54,370 bases of DNA, taken from assembly GCA_040081555.1 (NCBI GenBank), contig JBEBGG010000005.1, forward strand, positions 1 through 54,370. The letters are read 5' to 3'. Each line of letters opens with the position of its first letter. The stretch's first letter is position 1. Shown here in pieces: positions 34,525-44,388 of this stretch. This stretch comes from Vicinamibacterales bacterium (GTDB lineage: Bacteria; Acidobacteriota; Vicinamibacteria; Vicinamibacterales; CAVVIG01). Under the pieces are notes generated by a model. That model did no database searches. It was not told the origin of the DNA and worked only from the letters and a program-made list of their open reading frames with translations. Made by a program: the position numbers and the translations under genes.

Positions 34525-34601
34525 TGGTGCGCCCTGCACGACTCGAACGTGCGACCTCCTGGTTCGTAGCCAGACGCTCTATCCAACTGAGCTAAGGGCG
34601 C
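34525..34601 (-). tRNA. tRNA-Arg(ACG)
   Basis: Minus strand GCGCCCTTAGCTCAGTTGGATAGAGCGTCTGGCTACGAACCAGGAGGTCGCACGTTCGAGTCGTGCAGGGCGCACCA folds as a cloverleaf with anticodon ACG, a TTCGA T-loop and encoded CCA. Confidence 0.97.
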
Positions 34602-34704
34602 TTAGGGGGACGAAACCCTGACTATAGCACAACGATTCGCTCTGAAAACAGCTCGCGATGCGACCTCGCAGAGGAGCACGGGGATACGGACTACAATCGT
34701 CGGC

Positions 34705-35211
34705 GTGCGAAGCGACCTCGAACACAAGCAACAGGCACCAAGCACGCTCCGCTGCTTCGTTGTCACGGTGAGTGACACGCGGACAGAGGCGACTGACAAG
34801 AGCGGCCGCGCCATCGCCTCGTTGCTCACTGAGGCCGGCCACACGGTCGTCGGGCGGACGATCGTGCGTGACGATGCGTCAATGGTGAAGGGCGTGATCG
34901 CCCGCACGCTCGGTCAGCTCGACAACGACGTGATCATCACGACCGGCGGCACAGGGATCACGTCTCGAGACACGACGTATGAGGCCGTTGCCTCGCTGCT
35001 CGAAAAAGAGCTGCCCGGATTCGGCGAACTGTTTCGCGCGCTGTCGTATCAGGAAGTCGGGTCGTCCGCGATGATGAGCCGTGCCACGGCGGGCCTCACT
35101 GCCGGGCGTATTCTCATCGCACTTCCTGGCTCGGAAGCCGCGGTCAGACTCGCGATGAACAAACTGATCCTGCCGGAGCTCGGCCACCTGGTCCAGCAGG
35201 CGCGCAAGTAA
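34705..35211 (+). CDS. moaB: Molybdenum cofactor biosynthesis protein B (MoaB/MogA)
   Basis: VTVSDTR, DKSG, ITTGGTG..RDTTYEA, GFGELFR and ALPGS. Confidence 0.93.
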   Translation: MRSDLEHKQQAPSTLRCFVVTVSDTRTEATDKSGRAIASLLTEAGHTVVGRTIVRDDASMVKGVIARTLGQLDNDVIITTGGTGITSRDTTYEAVASLLEKELPGFGELFRALSYQEVGSSAMMSRATAGLTAGRILIALPGSEAAVRLAMNKLILPELGHLVQQARK

Positions 35212-35217
35212 GCAGGC

Positions 35218-36426
35218 GTGCGTCCGTTTACCTCCACCGTTTCAATCGAACAAGCCCGCGCCTCTCTCAAGGCCGCGGTCCAACCCATCGCTCGAACGGA
35301 GCGCGTCCCGCTGGCACGCGCCTTTGGACGGGTCGCCGCCGCAGGCGTCACCTCGAGCGGCTACGTCCCTCCTTTCGCGCGCTCGGCAATGGACGGCTAC
35401 GCCGTCGTCGCCACAGATACGCTCGGCGCGACACACCTCTCGCCACGCGCGCTACGCATTGTCGACCGGGTCTTTACGGGCCACATGGCGACTCGCGCAA
35501 TCAAGGAGGGCGAGTGCGTGGAGATCGCCACCGGCGCACCGCTGCCTGAAGGGGCGGACGCCGTGGTCATGGTGGAGGAGACGACGCCGGTCGTTGACGG
35601 ACGGGTCGGCATCGCTGCCCAGGTCAACGCCGGGCAGAACGTCGGCCGCCGTGGCGCTGACATCTCGCCCGGGGATTTCGTCGTGCGTGCGGGCGACCTT
35701 CTCAACCCGAGCCGCATCGGCGCAATTGCCGCCATCGGCACTGCTGATGTCGAGGTCTACGCAAAGCCGCGCGTTGCAGTCCTCTCCACCGGCAACGAAA
35801 TCGTCGAGCCCGGCGGCACCCTCGGTGGTGCGCAGATCTACGACGTCAACCGCTTCACACTCGCCGCCGTGATCGAAGCGCACGGCGGCATCGCCGACGC
35901 GCATCCCCCTGCGAAGGACACGCTCGAGTCACTCGAAGCGGCGCTCGCCGCCTGCCGCGGCGCTGACGTCCTGATCTTTTCAGGCGGGAGCTCTGTCGGC
36001 GAACGCGACCTGCTGCTCGATCTGGTGGAGCGCCACGGCACGATGATCTTTCACGGCATCGCCGTGAAGCCCGGCAAGCCGACGGCACTGGCCACCATCA
36101 ATGGCGTCCCGTTCTTCGGAATGCCAGGCAACCCGACCTCGTGCCTATCGAACGCCTACATCCTGCTCGTGCCGTTCCTGCGCGCCACCGCGCGCCTGCC
36201 TCTCTACGCCCCCCGCACCATCGTCGCGCCGCTTGGCAAAAAGATCGTGTCGCAGGCCGGACGCCATCAGTTCTACACCGTACGCCTGCGGGACGACGTG
36301 GCGCTGCCCGCGTTCAAGGGATCGGGCGAGATCACCAGCCTGTCGCAGGCAGATGGCTACATCGAGATTCCTTCGGAGCAGAGCGTCGTCGAAGAAGGAA
36401 CAGCGGTGACGGTCACGCTGTTCTGA
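35218..36426 (+). CDS. moeA: Molybdopterin molybdenumtransferase
   Basis: PPFARSAMDGYAV, IATGAPLPEGADAVVMVE, STGNE, SGGSSVGERD, KPGKP and MPGNP. Confidence 0.95.
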   Translation: MRPFTSTVSIEQARASLKAAVQPIARTERVPLARAFGRVAAAGVTSSGYVPPFARSAMDGYAVVATDTLGATHLSPRALRIVDRVFTGHMATRAIKEGECVEIATGAPLPEGADAVVMVEETTPVVDGRVGIAAQVNAGQNVGRRGADISPGDFVVRAGDLLNPSRIGAIAAIGTADVEVYAKPRVAVLSTGNEIVEPGGTLGGAQIYDVNRFTLAAVIEAHGGIADAHPPAKDTLESLEAALAACRGADVLIFSGGSSVGERDLLLDLVERHGTMIFHGIAVKPGKPTALATINGVPFFGMPGNPTSCLSNAYILLVPFLRATARLPLYAPRTIVAPLGKKIVSQAGRHQFYTVRLRDDVALPAFKGSGEITSLSQADGYIEIPSEQSVVEEGTAVTVTLF

Positions 36427-36450
36427 GGCGGGCTCTACGCACGCCCATCG

Positions 36451-37455
36451 TTACCGACCAGCGCAGAACGATGGAAGCGCGAGGCTGCGCATGGTGTGCA
36501 GTCCGGGCTTGGCTTCGAGCACATGACGGATGGCATTGACCACCATCGACGCGGTCACGACATCGCCGTGATAGCCGGTGGTGCACCTGGTCGAGAGCGT
36601 CGGTGAGCCCTCGATGTCGATCTGATCGAACGACTCTGGCGCGCCAAGATACGCCTCGAGGTGCAGCGAGATCACCGGCTTGCCGCGGCGGTAGCCGGTG
36701 CCGTCCTGGATGATGCCACAGACGTAACCACGGTCGACCGCAAGGAACTCGCTCTCTACGGTGTGATCGGCAATCTTTGGCCGGATCTCGTCCGTGATGC
36801 GATCCAGTTTCCATCCCAGCGCGTCGCCAATCATGGCGATCGACTGGGTGAAGCCGACGTGGCGCACGCTGCCGTCCTGGACCTTCCGCGCAAACTGCTC
36901 AACGGTGAGGCCGGTCCCAATCTTCTGCTGGAACGGCAAGCGGCGAAGGCGCGCGTCCTGCACGCGCTGTACGACGACGCGGTCCACCCGTTCGCAGGCG
37001 GCCGTCAGCATGATGGGCAACGCGTCCATCGTGAATCCCGGATTCACGCCAGTGGCAAGGACGCCCACCTTCGCTTTCTTCGCCTTGGCATCGAGCGCCG
37101 CCGCGATCTTCTTGTGTGTCCGCCAGGGATAGGCCAGTTCCTCGGTGGTAGAGACCACCGCCACCTTCGCCCTAAGCACCGCCTCAATCTCCGGCGCGAC
37201 GCGCGGCAACGATGAACTTGTGCAGTGCACCACGACGTCCGGCTTCGTGCTCTTGAGCACCTGTGCGAGATCGTCCTGCACCCTCACACCGAGCCGCTTC
37301 TTCAGGGCCACGATTGTGCCGAGGTCCTTGCCTACCTTGGCCGGGTCGACGTCGACGGCCCCGACGATGCGAAAGCCTGGGCGAGCCGCAATCTGTCTGG
37401 CCACTGCCGCACCGATCGGACCGAGACCCAGATGGACGACGCGAATGCTGGCCAT
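36451..37455 (-). CDS. NAD(P)-dependent dehydrogenase, DapB-N / 2,4-diaminopentanoate dehydrogenase-like
   Basis: GLGPIG Rossmann motif, STTEELAYP, TGVNPGFTMD, KIGTGL and HGDVVTA. Confidence 0.85.
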   Translation of the reverse strand: MASIRVVHLGLGPIGAAVARQIAARPGFRIVGAVDVDPAKVGKDLGTIVALKKRLGVRVQDDLAQVLKSTKPDVVVHCTSSSLPRVAPEIEAVLRAKVAVVSTTEELAYPWRTHKKIAAALDAKAKKAKVGVLATGVNPGFTMDALPIMLTAACERVDRVVVQRVQDARLRRLPFQQKIGTGLTVEQFARKVQDGSVRHVGFTQSIAMIGDALGWKLDRITDEIRPKIADHTVESEFLAVDRGYVCGIIQDGTGYRRGKPVISLHLEAYLGAPESFDQIDIEGSPTLSTRCTTGYHGDVVTASMVVNAIRHVLEAKPGLHTMRSLALPSFCAGR

Positions 37456-37470
37456 GTGGGGATTATAGAG

Positions 37471-38196
37471 TCACGGCGCGTCGGCAAATTTGTAGCCGAC
37501 GCCCCAGACCGTGAGGAGATGTCGGGGGTGTCCCGGGTCGGCTTCGATGCGGCGACGAAGGCGCTTGACCAGTGTGTCAACGCTGCGGACCGTGACAAAC
37601 GTGTCGCCGCGCCAGATCTTGCCGAGCAACGCCTCTCGACTGAAGACGATGCCGGCGTGACTGGCCAGGAGGTGGAGCAGGCGAAACTCCTGATCCGTGA
37701 GTTCGACTTCTTCGCCGAGCACGCGAACGCGGCGACGCGCGACATCGATCTCGACACCGTGCGTGGTGAGTGCGTCGTGGCCGGCGGGCGATGGCTCCGG
37801 AGGGGCCGTTGGCGGCTGGCGGGGACGGCGGAGCAGCGCGCGGGCGCGGGCGACGAGTTCACGGACACCGAACGGCTTGGTCAGGTAGTCGTCGGCGCCG
37901 CTTTCAAGGCCCACCACTTTGTCCGACTCCTCGCCACGCGCGGTGAGCAACAGAATCGGCACGTCTCGATTCTTCTGGCCGTTGCGCACGGCCCGGCAGA
38001 GCGACAGGCCGTCAAGGCCCGGCAACATCACATCAAACACCATCAGGTCGAAGCCTTCGCGCTCGACCAGCGACAGTGCTGACGTCCCGTCGGCGACGGC
38101 CTCACAGACATAGCCCTCGTGCCCAAGGTGTAGTGCGACCAGTTCCCGAATGTTCGCTTCGTCCTCGACAATCAGTACGCGAAAGGCTTGTGTCAT
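37471..38196 (-). CDS. OmpR/PhoB-family response regulator
   Basis: LIVEDE, DVMLPGLDG, LTAR, GADDYLTKPF and a winged helix ending TVWGVGYKF. Confidence 0.95.
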   Translation of the reverse strand: MTQAFRVLIVEDEANIRELVALHLGHEGYVCEAVADGTSALSLVEREGFDLMVFDVMLPGLDGLSLCRAVRNGQKNRDVPILLLTARGEESDKVVGLESGADDYLTKPFGVRELVARARALLRRPRQPPTAPPEPSPAGHDALTTHGVEIDVARRRVRVLGEEVELTDQEFRLLHLLASHAGIVFSREALLGKIWRGDTFVTVRSVDTLVKRLRRRIEADPGHPRHLLTVWGVGYKFADAP

Positions 38197-38223
38197 GTTT
38201 TTTTCACAGACTGTCCACGTCGC

Positions 38224-38238
38224 GGTCACGCCGGGTCA
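38224..38238. promoter_or_regulatory. Putative OmpR-family tandem binding site
   Basis: GGTCA-N5-GGTCA direct repeat between the divergent regulator and Spy/CpxP genes. Confidence 0.35.
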
Positions 38239-38293
38239 GTCCAATTAGACAGAAATCAACGCGCCGCTGTCACGCGGCCTGAAGGAGGGCAAC

Positions 38294-38887
38294 ATGATTC
38301 GACGACTGACTCGCACCGAAACCAGCCTCGCCATCGCCTCGCTCGTCGTGGCGCTGGGTGGAGGTATCTACCTCAGCAAGGCCAGCCTGCATGCCCAGGG
38401 CCCTGGCTTTGGCGGCCCCGACGGACGCGGCGGTCCAGGCATGGGACGCATGGGCGGTCCAGGGGGGCCTCATGGCGACCAGGGTGGTCCAGGCCGGCGC
38501 GGGCCTGGTGGGCCCGGCCCTGGCGGACGAGGCGGGATGCTCCGGGGACTGGGACTCGGGCGGGTCGATCTCTCTGAGGCGCAGCGCGATCAGGTGAAGC
38601 AGGTCCTCGACTCGCACAAGGACGAACAGTTGGCGATTGGCGAAAAGGGCCGGCTGGCGCACGACGCACTCGACGCTGCCATCACCGCCGACCCGTTCGA
38701 TGAAAACCTGGTGCGCGCCAGGGCCAGCGACCTTGCGGCGGTCGACGCCGACGCGACGGTCTTCCACGCGCGTATTCGCAATGAGGTCTACCAGATCCTC
38801 ACGTCAGACCAGAAGGCTGAACTGAAGAAGGATCAGGCGCGCATGATGAAACGGCGGGCCGAGATGGAAGAGCGACGGAAACAGTAA
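38294..38887 (+). CDS. Spy/CpxP-family periplasmic protein
   Basis: GGAGG RBS, signal, Gly/Pro-rich segment, and LSEAQ and LTSDQ (LTxxQ) motifs. Confidence 0.88.
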   Translation: MIRRLTRTETSLAIASLVVALGGGIYLSKASLHAQGPGFGGPDGRGGPGMGRMGGPGGPHGDQGGPGRRGPGGPGPGGRGGMLRGLGLGRVDLSEAQRDQVKQVLDSHKDEQLAIGEKGRLAHDALDAAITADPFDENLVRARASDLAAVDADATVFHARIRNEVYQILTSDQKAELKKDQARMMKRRAEMEERRKQ

Positions 38888-38894
38888 CGACCAT

Positions 38895-38931
38895 GCCACG
38901 GTTCCGGGGTGAGTAGACCCGGAACCGTGGC
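38895..38931. terminator. Hairpin between convergent genes (likely bidirectional terminator)
   Basis: Perfect 14-bp stem GCCACGGTTCCGGG / CCCGGAACCGTGGC with a 9-nt loop. Confidence 0.75.
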
Positions 38932-38937
38932 GCGTTT

Positions 38938-41196
38938 CTATCCGCGCGTTACTGAATCCGCCAGCGCTGCAGCCGTCATCCCGTAGTGTTCCCACACCTG
39001 AATGAAGTGCTCGGAGGGGGCGACATGCGGGTCGATGATGCCGAAGTGGTCAAGCGTGACGCCGCTGCCATAGAGCCCGGACGACACGAACCCGGCAAAG
39101 CCGCGCAGGCCTGACTCGACGGTGCCAATCAGACCGTCCTCAATCGTCACGATCTTCTGATACTTCTTGGCCAGGCCGTTGAGGAAACCCGCCTCGAGCG
39201 GGAAGCCGTTCACGACGTAGACGTCCGTGGCCACACCCTTGGCCAGGGCCGCCTCGCTCGCCTCACCCGCCAGGAACGCCGGCGCCCCGATCGCAAGAAT
39301 CGCCACCTTCGCGCCCGCGTGTTCGCGCCACTTCGTGACCGAGGTCCAGGCCTCGTCGGCGCTCCACAGCGGATCGCTCGAGCCTTGCTTGGCGAGCACT
39401 GGCAGGTTGTCGCGCGGGATGGCGACGATGTGCCCGCCGAACGCGGCGCAGGCGTCACGCACGGCAATGAAGGCCGAGCGGGCATCGCACGGGGCATAGA
39501 AGCGGTGCAGGAACGGCATGTAGCCGAGCGAGAAATTGATCCAGTCCAGGCTCCAGCCCGAGAAGTGATCGCGGCCCGTGCAGGCGCCGACGTGCGAAAG
39601 GTGCATCAGCACGTTGATGCCTTCGTTGAGGCCGTTCAGGTTGCGCTGATACCGCCACATTTCGAAGCCTTCGCGCGCGATGCCTTCCATGAAGGCGGCA
39701 AAGGTCGCAAAGACATTCAGCTGGGGATCGTGGCCCGTGAACGCCAGGCCATCTGCGACAAGCGCGGCGGCCTGCTCTTCGATGCTCAACTCGAAGCGAT
39801 GGGTGGCTGGGACCAGTGCGGCAGCCTTGCCAAGCTTGGTTGACGGATTGAGATCGCAGGAGACGAAAAAGCATTTCTCCGGATACTTCTTGGCGACTGC
39901 GGCGTAGGCCGCCTCTGAGCCGGCCCGAGCGGACACCCACTTGTCGGTGCCTGGCAGCGCAATCGCTGAGGCTTCGGCAGAGGTGAGCGGCAGGTTCGGC
40001 GTGCCCTTCGCTGGGCGGGCGGTGGTGACCACCGTCTTCTTCGGCTTGGCCTCGAGCGCTGCCAGCGCGGCGGACTCGTCGGCCGTCAGCTGCAACATCG
40101 GGTTGGCCAGCGCCGCTGCGCCGTCGCGCCCCTTCATGCCGCCATCGTGATGCGCTTCGCCGCCCGGGAGCCCGTTGACGTAAAACACGCATTCGCTCAT
40201 CGCGTGTGCGTCCCGGAAACTCATCAGCGAGCCGGGTACCGTGATTGGCGTGTCGAGGGCCACCTTGTGCTTTGCGGCGAGCTCGGCGACGGTGTGGCCG
40301 ATGCCGTACATCTCGCCGAAGTCCTTGACGGTGACAGTGGGCCGTCCCGGTTGACCAAAGCCCACCGGATAGATCAACGTCGGCTTGCCGTCGCGGGCGA
40401 GCCTCGCCGCTTCCGCGTAACCGGCAAAGAGTGCCTGGCGATCCATCAGCGAGGAGATTTCGAGGATCTCGATACCCATTGCGGCGATCATCGGGCGGGG
40501 ATCGCGGTCCATGACCGCGTGCGTGGTACCCGAAAGCTGGATGCCGTTACGGTGCATCACAAACACGACCGGCGCATGATGCAGGCTCGCGGCGTTGAAA
40601 CCGTTCAGGGCCTGCCCCGAGATCCAGCCGGCATCTCCGGTATGACAAATCACGAGCGCATCGTTCCCCTTGCGCGCCTTGAGGCCGAGCGCCTGTCCCA
40701 CACTCACCGGCATCATGACGCCGAGGCGCCCAGAGCCGAGTTCAGTGCCACCCGGCACCCACGAGACGTGACCGGCAATATCGAGACCGCGGCGGAAGCG
40801 ATCGATCACACGCGCTTCCGGAAGGAAGCCAAGCGCCGAGAGCGCCGCGTAGTACCCGATGCTCGTGTGCCCATGCTCAATCGCAAAATGACGCGTGTCG
40901 TAGTTGACGACGCCAAGCGTCATCAACAAGGCTGGAATCAGTTCCAGGCCGCCGCCCAAGTGATCGATGTCGCCCGCCTTCGCCAGGGACACCAGGGACT
41001 TGATGGCAATCGTCGCGGCGCTCTTCTCGAGCCCGGCCAGTGCTGCCGACTCGGTTGGCGCAAGCGCCGACGCTGAGAGATCAACCGCGAAGGGCACGAC
41101 ATGCGACGTAATGCGTGTGGCAGCGAGAGGTGTATCGGAGAGCAGCGAAGCGTTGCGTTTCGCCTGTTCGGCAGTCGAGCGCGCGAGCACAGTCAT
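38938..41196 (-). CDS. Divergent single-chain transketolase-like ThDP-dependent enzyme
   Basis: DHLGG, EHGH, AGHVS, TGDAG...HRNGIQLSG (ThDP motif variant), SCDL..ST, SIEEQ, ATFAAF and VTIED. Confidence 0.75.
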   Translation of the reverse strand: MTVLARSTAEQAKRNASLLSDTPLAATRITSHVVPFAVDLSASALAPTESAALAGLEKSAATIAIKSLVSLAKAGDIDHLGGGLELIPALLMTLGVVNYDTRHFAIEHGHTSIGYYAALSALGFLPEARVIDRFRRGLDIAGHVSWVPGGTELGSGRLGVMMPVSVGQALGLKARKGNDALVICHTGDAGWISGQALNGFNAASLHHAPVVFVMHRNGIQLSGTTHAVMDRDPRPMIAAMGIEILEISSLMDRQALFAGYAEAARLARDGKPTLIYPVGFGQPGRPTVTVKDFGEMYGIGHTVAELAAKHKVALDTPITVPGSLMSFRDAHAMSECVFYVNGLPGGEAHHDGGMKGRDGAAALANPMLQLTADESAALAALEAKPKKTVVTTARPAKGTPNLPLTSAEASAIALPGTDKWVSARAGSEAAYAAVAKKYPEKCFFVSCDLNPSTKLGKAAALVPATHRFELSIEEQAAALVADGLAFTGHDPQLNVFATFAAFMEGIAREGFEMWRYQRNLNGLNEGINVLMHLSHVGACTGRDHFSGWSLDWINFSLGYMPFLHRFYAPCDARSAFIAVRDACAAFGGHIVAIPRDNLPVLAKQGSSDPLWSADEAWTSVTKWREHAGAKVAILAIGAPAFLAGEASEAALAKGVATDVYVVNGFPLEAGFLNGLAKKYQKIVTIEDGLIGTVESGLRGFAGFVSSGLYGSGVTLDHFGIIDPHVAPSEHFIQVWEHYGMTAAALADSVTRG

Positions 41197-41265
41197 GGGG
41201 CGTTGATTTTAGTTCGGAAGGGCACTCAACGTGAAGGATCGTGCCACGTATAATAAGGCGCTCAC

Positions 41266-42267
41266 ATGACGCATACGATTACGCTCATCCCCGGCGACGG
41301 CATCGGACCAGAAGTCACCGCCGCTGTTCTGCAAATTCTCGACGCCACGGGCGTGAAAATCGACTGGGACCGTCACGATGCCGGCATGCTGGCAGTGGCG
41401 CGTCACGGCAAGCCGCTCCCGCAGGCCCTCATCGACTCGATCCTGACGCATAAGGTCGCACTCAAGGGACCTGTGACGACGCCAATTGGTGAAGGGTTTA
41501 CCAGCGTCAACGTGGGCCTGCGCAAGGCCCTGGACCTCTACGCGAACCTGCGACCGGTGTGGAACATGGCCGGCATTCCATCGCGCTTCGAGAATATCGA
41601 CCTGGTCATCGTTCGTGAGAATACCGAGGACCTCTACGCCGGGCTCGAGCACACGATTGTGCCGGGCGTGGTCGAGAGCCTGAAGATCATCACCGAGAAG
41701 GCCTCTACCCGCATCGCCAAGTTCGCCTTCGAGCACGCGCGCAAACACAGGCGCAAGAAGGTGACGGCGATTCACAAGGCGAACATCATGAAGTTGAGCG
41801 ATGGCCTCTTCATCGAGTGCGCGCGCAACGTCGCCAGGGACTATCCCGAGATCGCCTACGACGAGAAGATCATCGACGCGACCTGTATGCACTTGGTGAT
41901 GCACCCGAACCAGTTCGACGTCATGGTGCTGCCGAACCTCTACGGCGACATCGTGTCTGATCTGTGTGCTGGCCTGGTCGGCGGCCTCGGGGTCGTCGGC
42001 GCCGCCAATCTCGGCACACACGTCGGGGTGTTCGAAGCGGTGCACGGCAGCGCACCAGACATCGCGGGCAAGGGCATCGCAAACCCCACGGCGTTGCTCT
42101 TGTCAGCCGTGATGATGCTCCGCCACATCGACGAGGGCGCCGCCGCCACACGGATCATGAAGGCGCTCGACACGGTGCTCACCGATGCCACGACCACGAC
42201 CCGTGACCTCGGCGGGTCGGCCTCAACGAGCGAATTCGCCGTGGCCGTCTGCCGGGCGATTCGCTGA
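41266..42267 (+). CDS. NAD-dependent isocitrate/isopropylmalate dehydrogenase family protein
   Basis: IPGDGIGPEV, LKGP, SVNVGLRKALDLYANLRP, RENTED, HKANIMK, NLYGDIVSD and FEAVHGSAPDIAG. Confidence 0.93.
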   Translation: MTHTITLIPGDGIGPEVTAAVLQILDATGVKIDWDRHDAGMLAVARHGKPLPQALIDSILTHKVALKGPVTTPIGEGFTSVNVGLRKALDLYANLRPVWNMAGIPSRFENIDLVIVRENTEDLYAGLEHTIVPGVVESLKIITEKASTRIAKFAFEHARKHRRKKVTAIHKANIMKLSDGLFIECARNVARDYPEIAYDEKIIDATCMHLVMHPNQFDVMVLPNLYGDIVSDLCAGLVGGLGVVGAANLGTHVGVFEAVHGSAPDIAGKGIANPTALLLSAVMMLRHIDEGAAATRIMKALDTVLTDATTTTRDLGGSASTSEFAVAVCRAIR

Positions 42268-42308
42268 CAGGCCGGCAGAAGCTGCGTGCTATAGTCCGAG
42301 ACGTTCCT

Positions 42309-43430
42309 ATGCTTGATGAGATCGCTCAGGCCGTTCTGGCCCGCGAGGAGGTGGTCAAGTACCTCAGCGGCAGCTATGGCGAGCGCGGCGACCAGGCGCG
42401 TGAGCGGGTCTTCGGCTATCTCGAAGAGCTCCGCACCACGCAGCGTCACGGGCTCTATCGAGCACTGCAGCATCCGCTCTATCCGATCCTGCGCAAGATC
42501 GACCGTCACCACGAGAATCTGCATCACGTCGCTGCTGCGACGCGGTCGCATCGGATCGTCTACGCTTCAAATCACAAGAGCCACACCGACTACCTCATCG
42601 AGCCGCTGGTGCTCGACGACAACAACGTGCGGCCGCCGCTCATCGCTGCCGGCAGCAACCTGTTTGGCGGCCCGCTCGGTCTGTTGCACAAGCATGTCAC
42701 CGGCGCCATCCCCATCCGTCGCAACGTCAAGGACCCGGCGTATCTGATTACGCTAAAGGCCTACATCGGCGTGATGCTGGAGAAGCACGATCTGCTGGTG
42801 TATCCGGAAGGCGGCCGGAGTTACAGCGGCGAGCTGAAGTCGTCGAAGACCGGTCTGATCCACGCCGCCCTGATGGCGCGCGTCAAGAATCTCGTCATCA
42901 TCCCGGTGGCCATCGCCTACGACCTGGTACTTGAGGATCACATCCTCGCCCGCCAGCGCGTCAAGAAGACCCAGCGCCCGTTTACGCGCGAGCTAGCGGA
43001 GATGGTGCGCTACGCGGTCGGTTACCGGTCACGGGCCTTTGTCACATTCGGGGCACCCATTTCGGCTGGCGACTACGACGCCGAATCGCGGACCGACGTG
43101 CTCGCGCTCACCAAGATCGTCCGTGGCCGCATCGCCAGCCAGTACAAGGTCCTGCCAACGGCCGTGTTTGCCGCCGCCATGCGTCCGTCGATCACGCGAA
43201 AGGACCTCGAGGGCCGCATCGATCTCATGATCGAGGAGCTGGCCTCGCAACACGCCAATCTGGGCGTGACCAGTGGACGACAGGCGATCGAGGAGGCGGC
43301 CGAACCGCTTGAGGCACGCGGCATCATCGTTGCCGAAGGTGACCGCTTCCGAGTGCGCGAGCGCAGTGTGCTGCGCTACTACGCGCGCACCATCGAGCAC
43401 CTGCTCACGCCCAAGGGTCTCACCCACTAG
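42309..43430 (+). CDS. PlsB/PlsC-family glycerolipid acyltransferase
   Basis: NHKSHTD (HX4D), IAAGSNL, YPEGGRSYSG and PVAIAYD. Confidence 0.88.
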   Translation: MLDEIAQAVLAREEVVKYLSGSYGERGDQARERVFGYLEELRTTQRHGLYRALQHPLYPILRKIDRHHENLHHVAAATRSHRIVYASNHKSHTDYLIEPLVLDDNNVRPPLIAAGSNLFGGPLGLLHKHVTGAIPIRRNVKDPAYLITLKAYIGVMLEKHDLLVYPEGGRSYSGELKSSKTGLIHAALMARVKNLVIIPVAIAYDLVLEDHILARQRVKKTQRPFTRELAEMVRYAVGYRSRAFVTFGAPISAGDYDAESRTDVLALTKIVRGRIASQYKVLPTAVFAAAMRPSITRKDLEGRIDLMIEELASQHANLGVTSGRQAIEEAAEPLEARGIIVAEGDRFRVRERSVLRYYARTIEHLLTPKGLTH

Positions 43431-43448
43431 GCGCCAGCCGATCGCACG

Positions 43449-44381
43449 ATGCTGGACAACGCGTCCAAAGCCTTCTTCCATCTGCTCGCCAAGAGCGGCA
43501 CGCTCAAGACCGTGACGTCGCACTACGGCATGCGGCGTCCGACCAGCTTCGCCCGCCGTTTCATCGCCGGCGAGACCGTGGAGGAGGCCATCGAGGCGGC
43601 CCGCGCCGTCGAGGGCCGAGGACTCACGCAGACACTCGACCTTCTCGGCGAGGGCGTCAGGACGCTCGATGAGGCGCAGGCGGCAAGCCGCGACTACCTC
43701 ACCGTGATCGACGCAATTCTCACAGCCGGCATCGGCCGTAACCTCTCGCTGAAGCTCACACAGCTCGGGCTTGAGGTCGACCGCGCTATCGCCACCGACA
43801 ACCTGCGCCGCATCCTGGATCACGCCGAAGGCTTCTTCGTGCGCATCGACATGGAGAGCTCAGCTTTCACTGCCGCCACGCTCCGCGTGTTCGAGACGGT
43901 CTGGGACCAGGGCTATCGACAACTGGGAGTCGTCCTGCAGAGTGACCTCAAGCGCACGGCCGCGGATGTGGAGCGGATGATCGAGCTTGGCGCGCGCGTC
44001 CGGCTCGTCAAAGGTGCCTATCGTGAACCGGCCGCGGTCGCCTTCCAGCACAAGGTCGAGGTGGACGAAAACTACCGCCGCTTGCTCGAACGGCTCCTGT
44101 CTGCCGGTCACTACCCCGCCATCGCCACGCACGACCCGACGATCATCGAACACGCGCAGCGTTTCTCGGCAGAGCGCGGCATCGCTCGCACGGCCTTCGA
44201 GTTTCAGATGCTCTACGGCATCCGGCGCGATCTGCAGACGCAACTGGTCGCCGACGGCTTCGGCGTGCGCGTCTACATTCCGTTTGGCCGCCACTGGTTT
44301 CCGTACTTCATGCGCCGCCTCGGTGAACGCCCCGCCAACATCGGCTTCGTGCTTCGCGGTATCGCCCGCGATCGCACCTGA
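43449..44381 (+). CDS. Monofunctional proline dehydrogenase
   Basis: RFIAGE, LDLLGE, SLKLTQLG, RIDME, RLVKGAY, IATHD, EFQMLYG and YFMRRLGERPAN. Confidence 0.95.
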   Translation: MLDNASKAFFHLLAKSGTLKTVTSHYGMRRPTSFARRFIAGETVEEAIEAARAVEGRGLTQTLDLLGEGVRTLDEAQAASRDYLTVIDAILTAGIGRNLSLKLTQLGLEVDRAIATDNLRRILDHAEGFFVRIDMESSAFTAATLRVFETVWDQGYRQLGVVLQSDLKRTAADVERMIELGARVRLVKGAYREPAAVAFQHKVEVDENYRRLLERLLSAGHYPAIATHDPTIIEHAQRFSAERGIARTAFEFQMLYGIRRDLQTQLVADGFGVRVYIPFGRHWFPYFMRRLGERPANIGFVLRGIARDRT

Positions 44382-44388
44382 CGGCCTG

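Noticed and set aside
38398-38540. GC-rich repeated DNA in the Spy/CpxP gene
   Set aside because: It is low-complexity Gly/Pro coding sequence common in this family, not a separate element.
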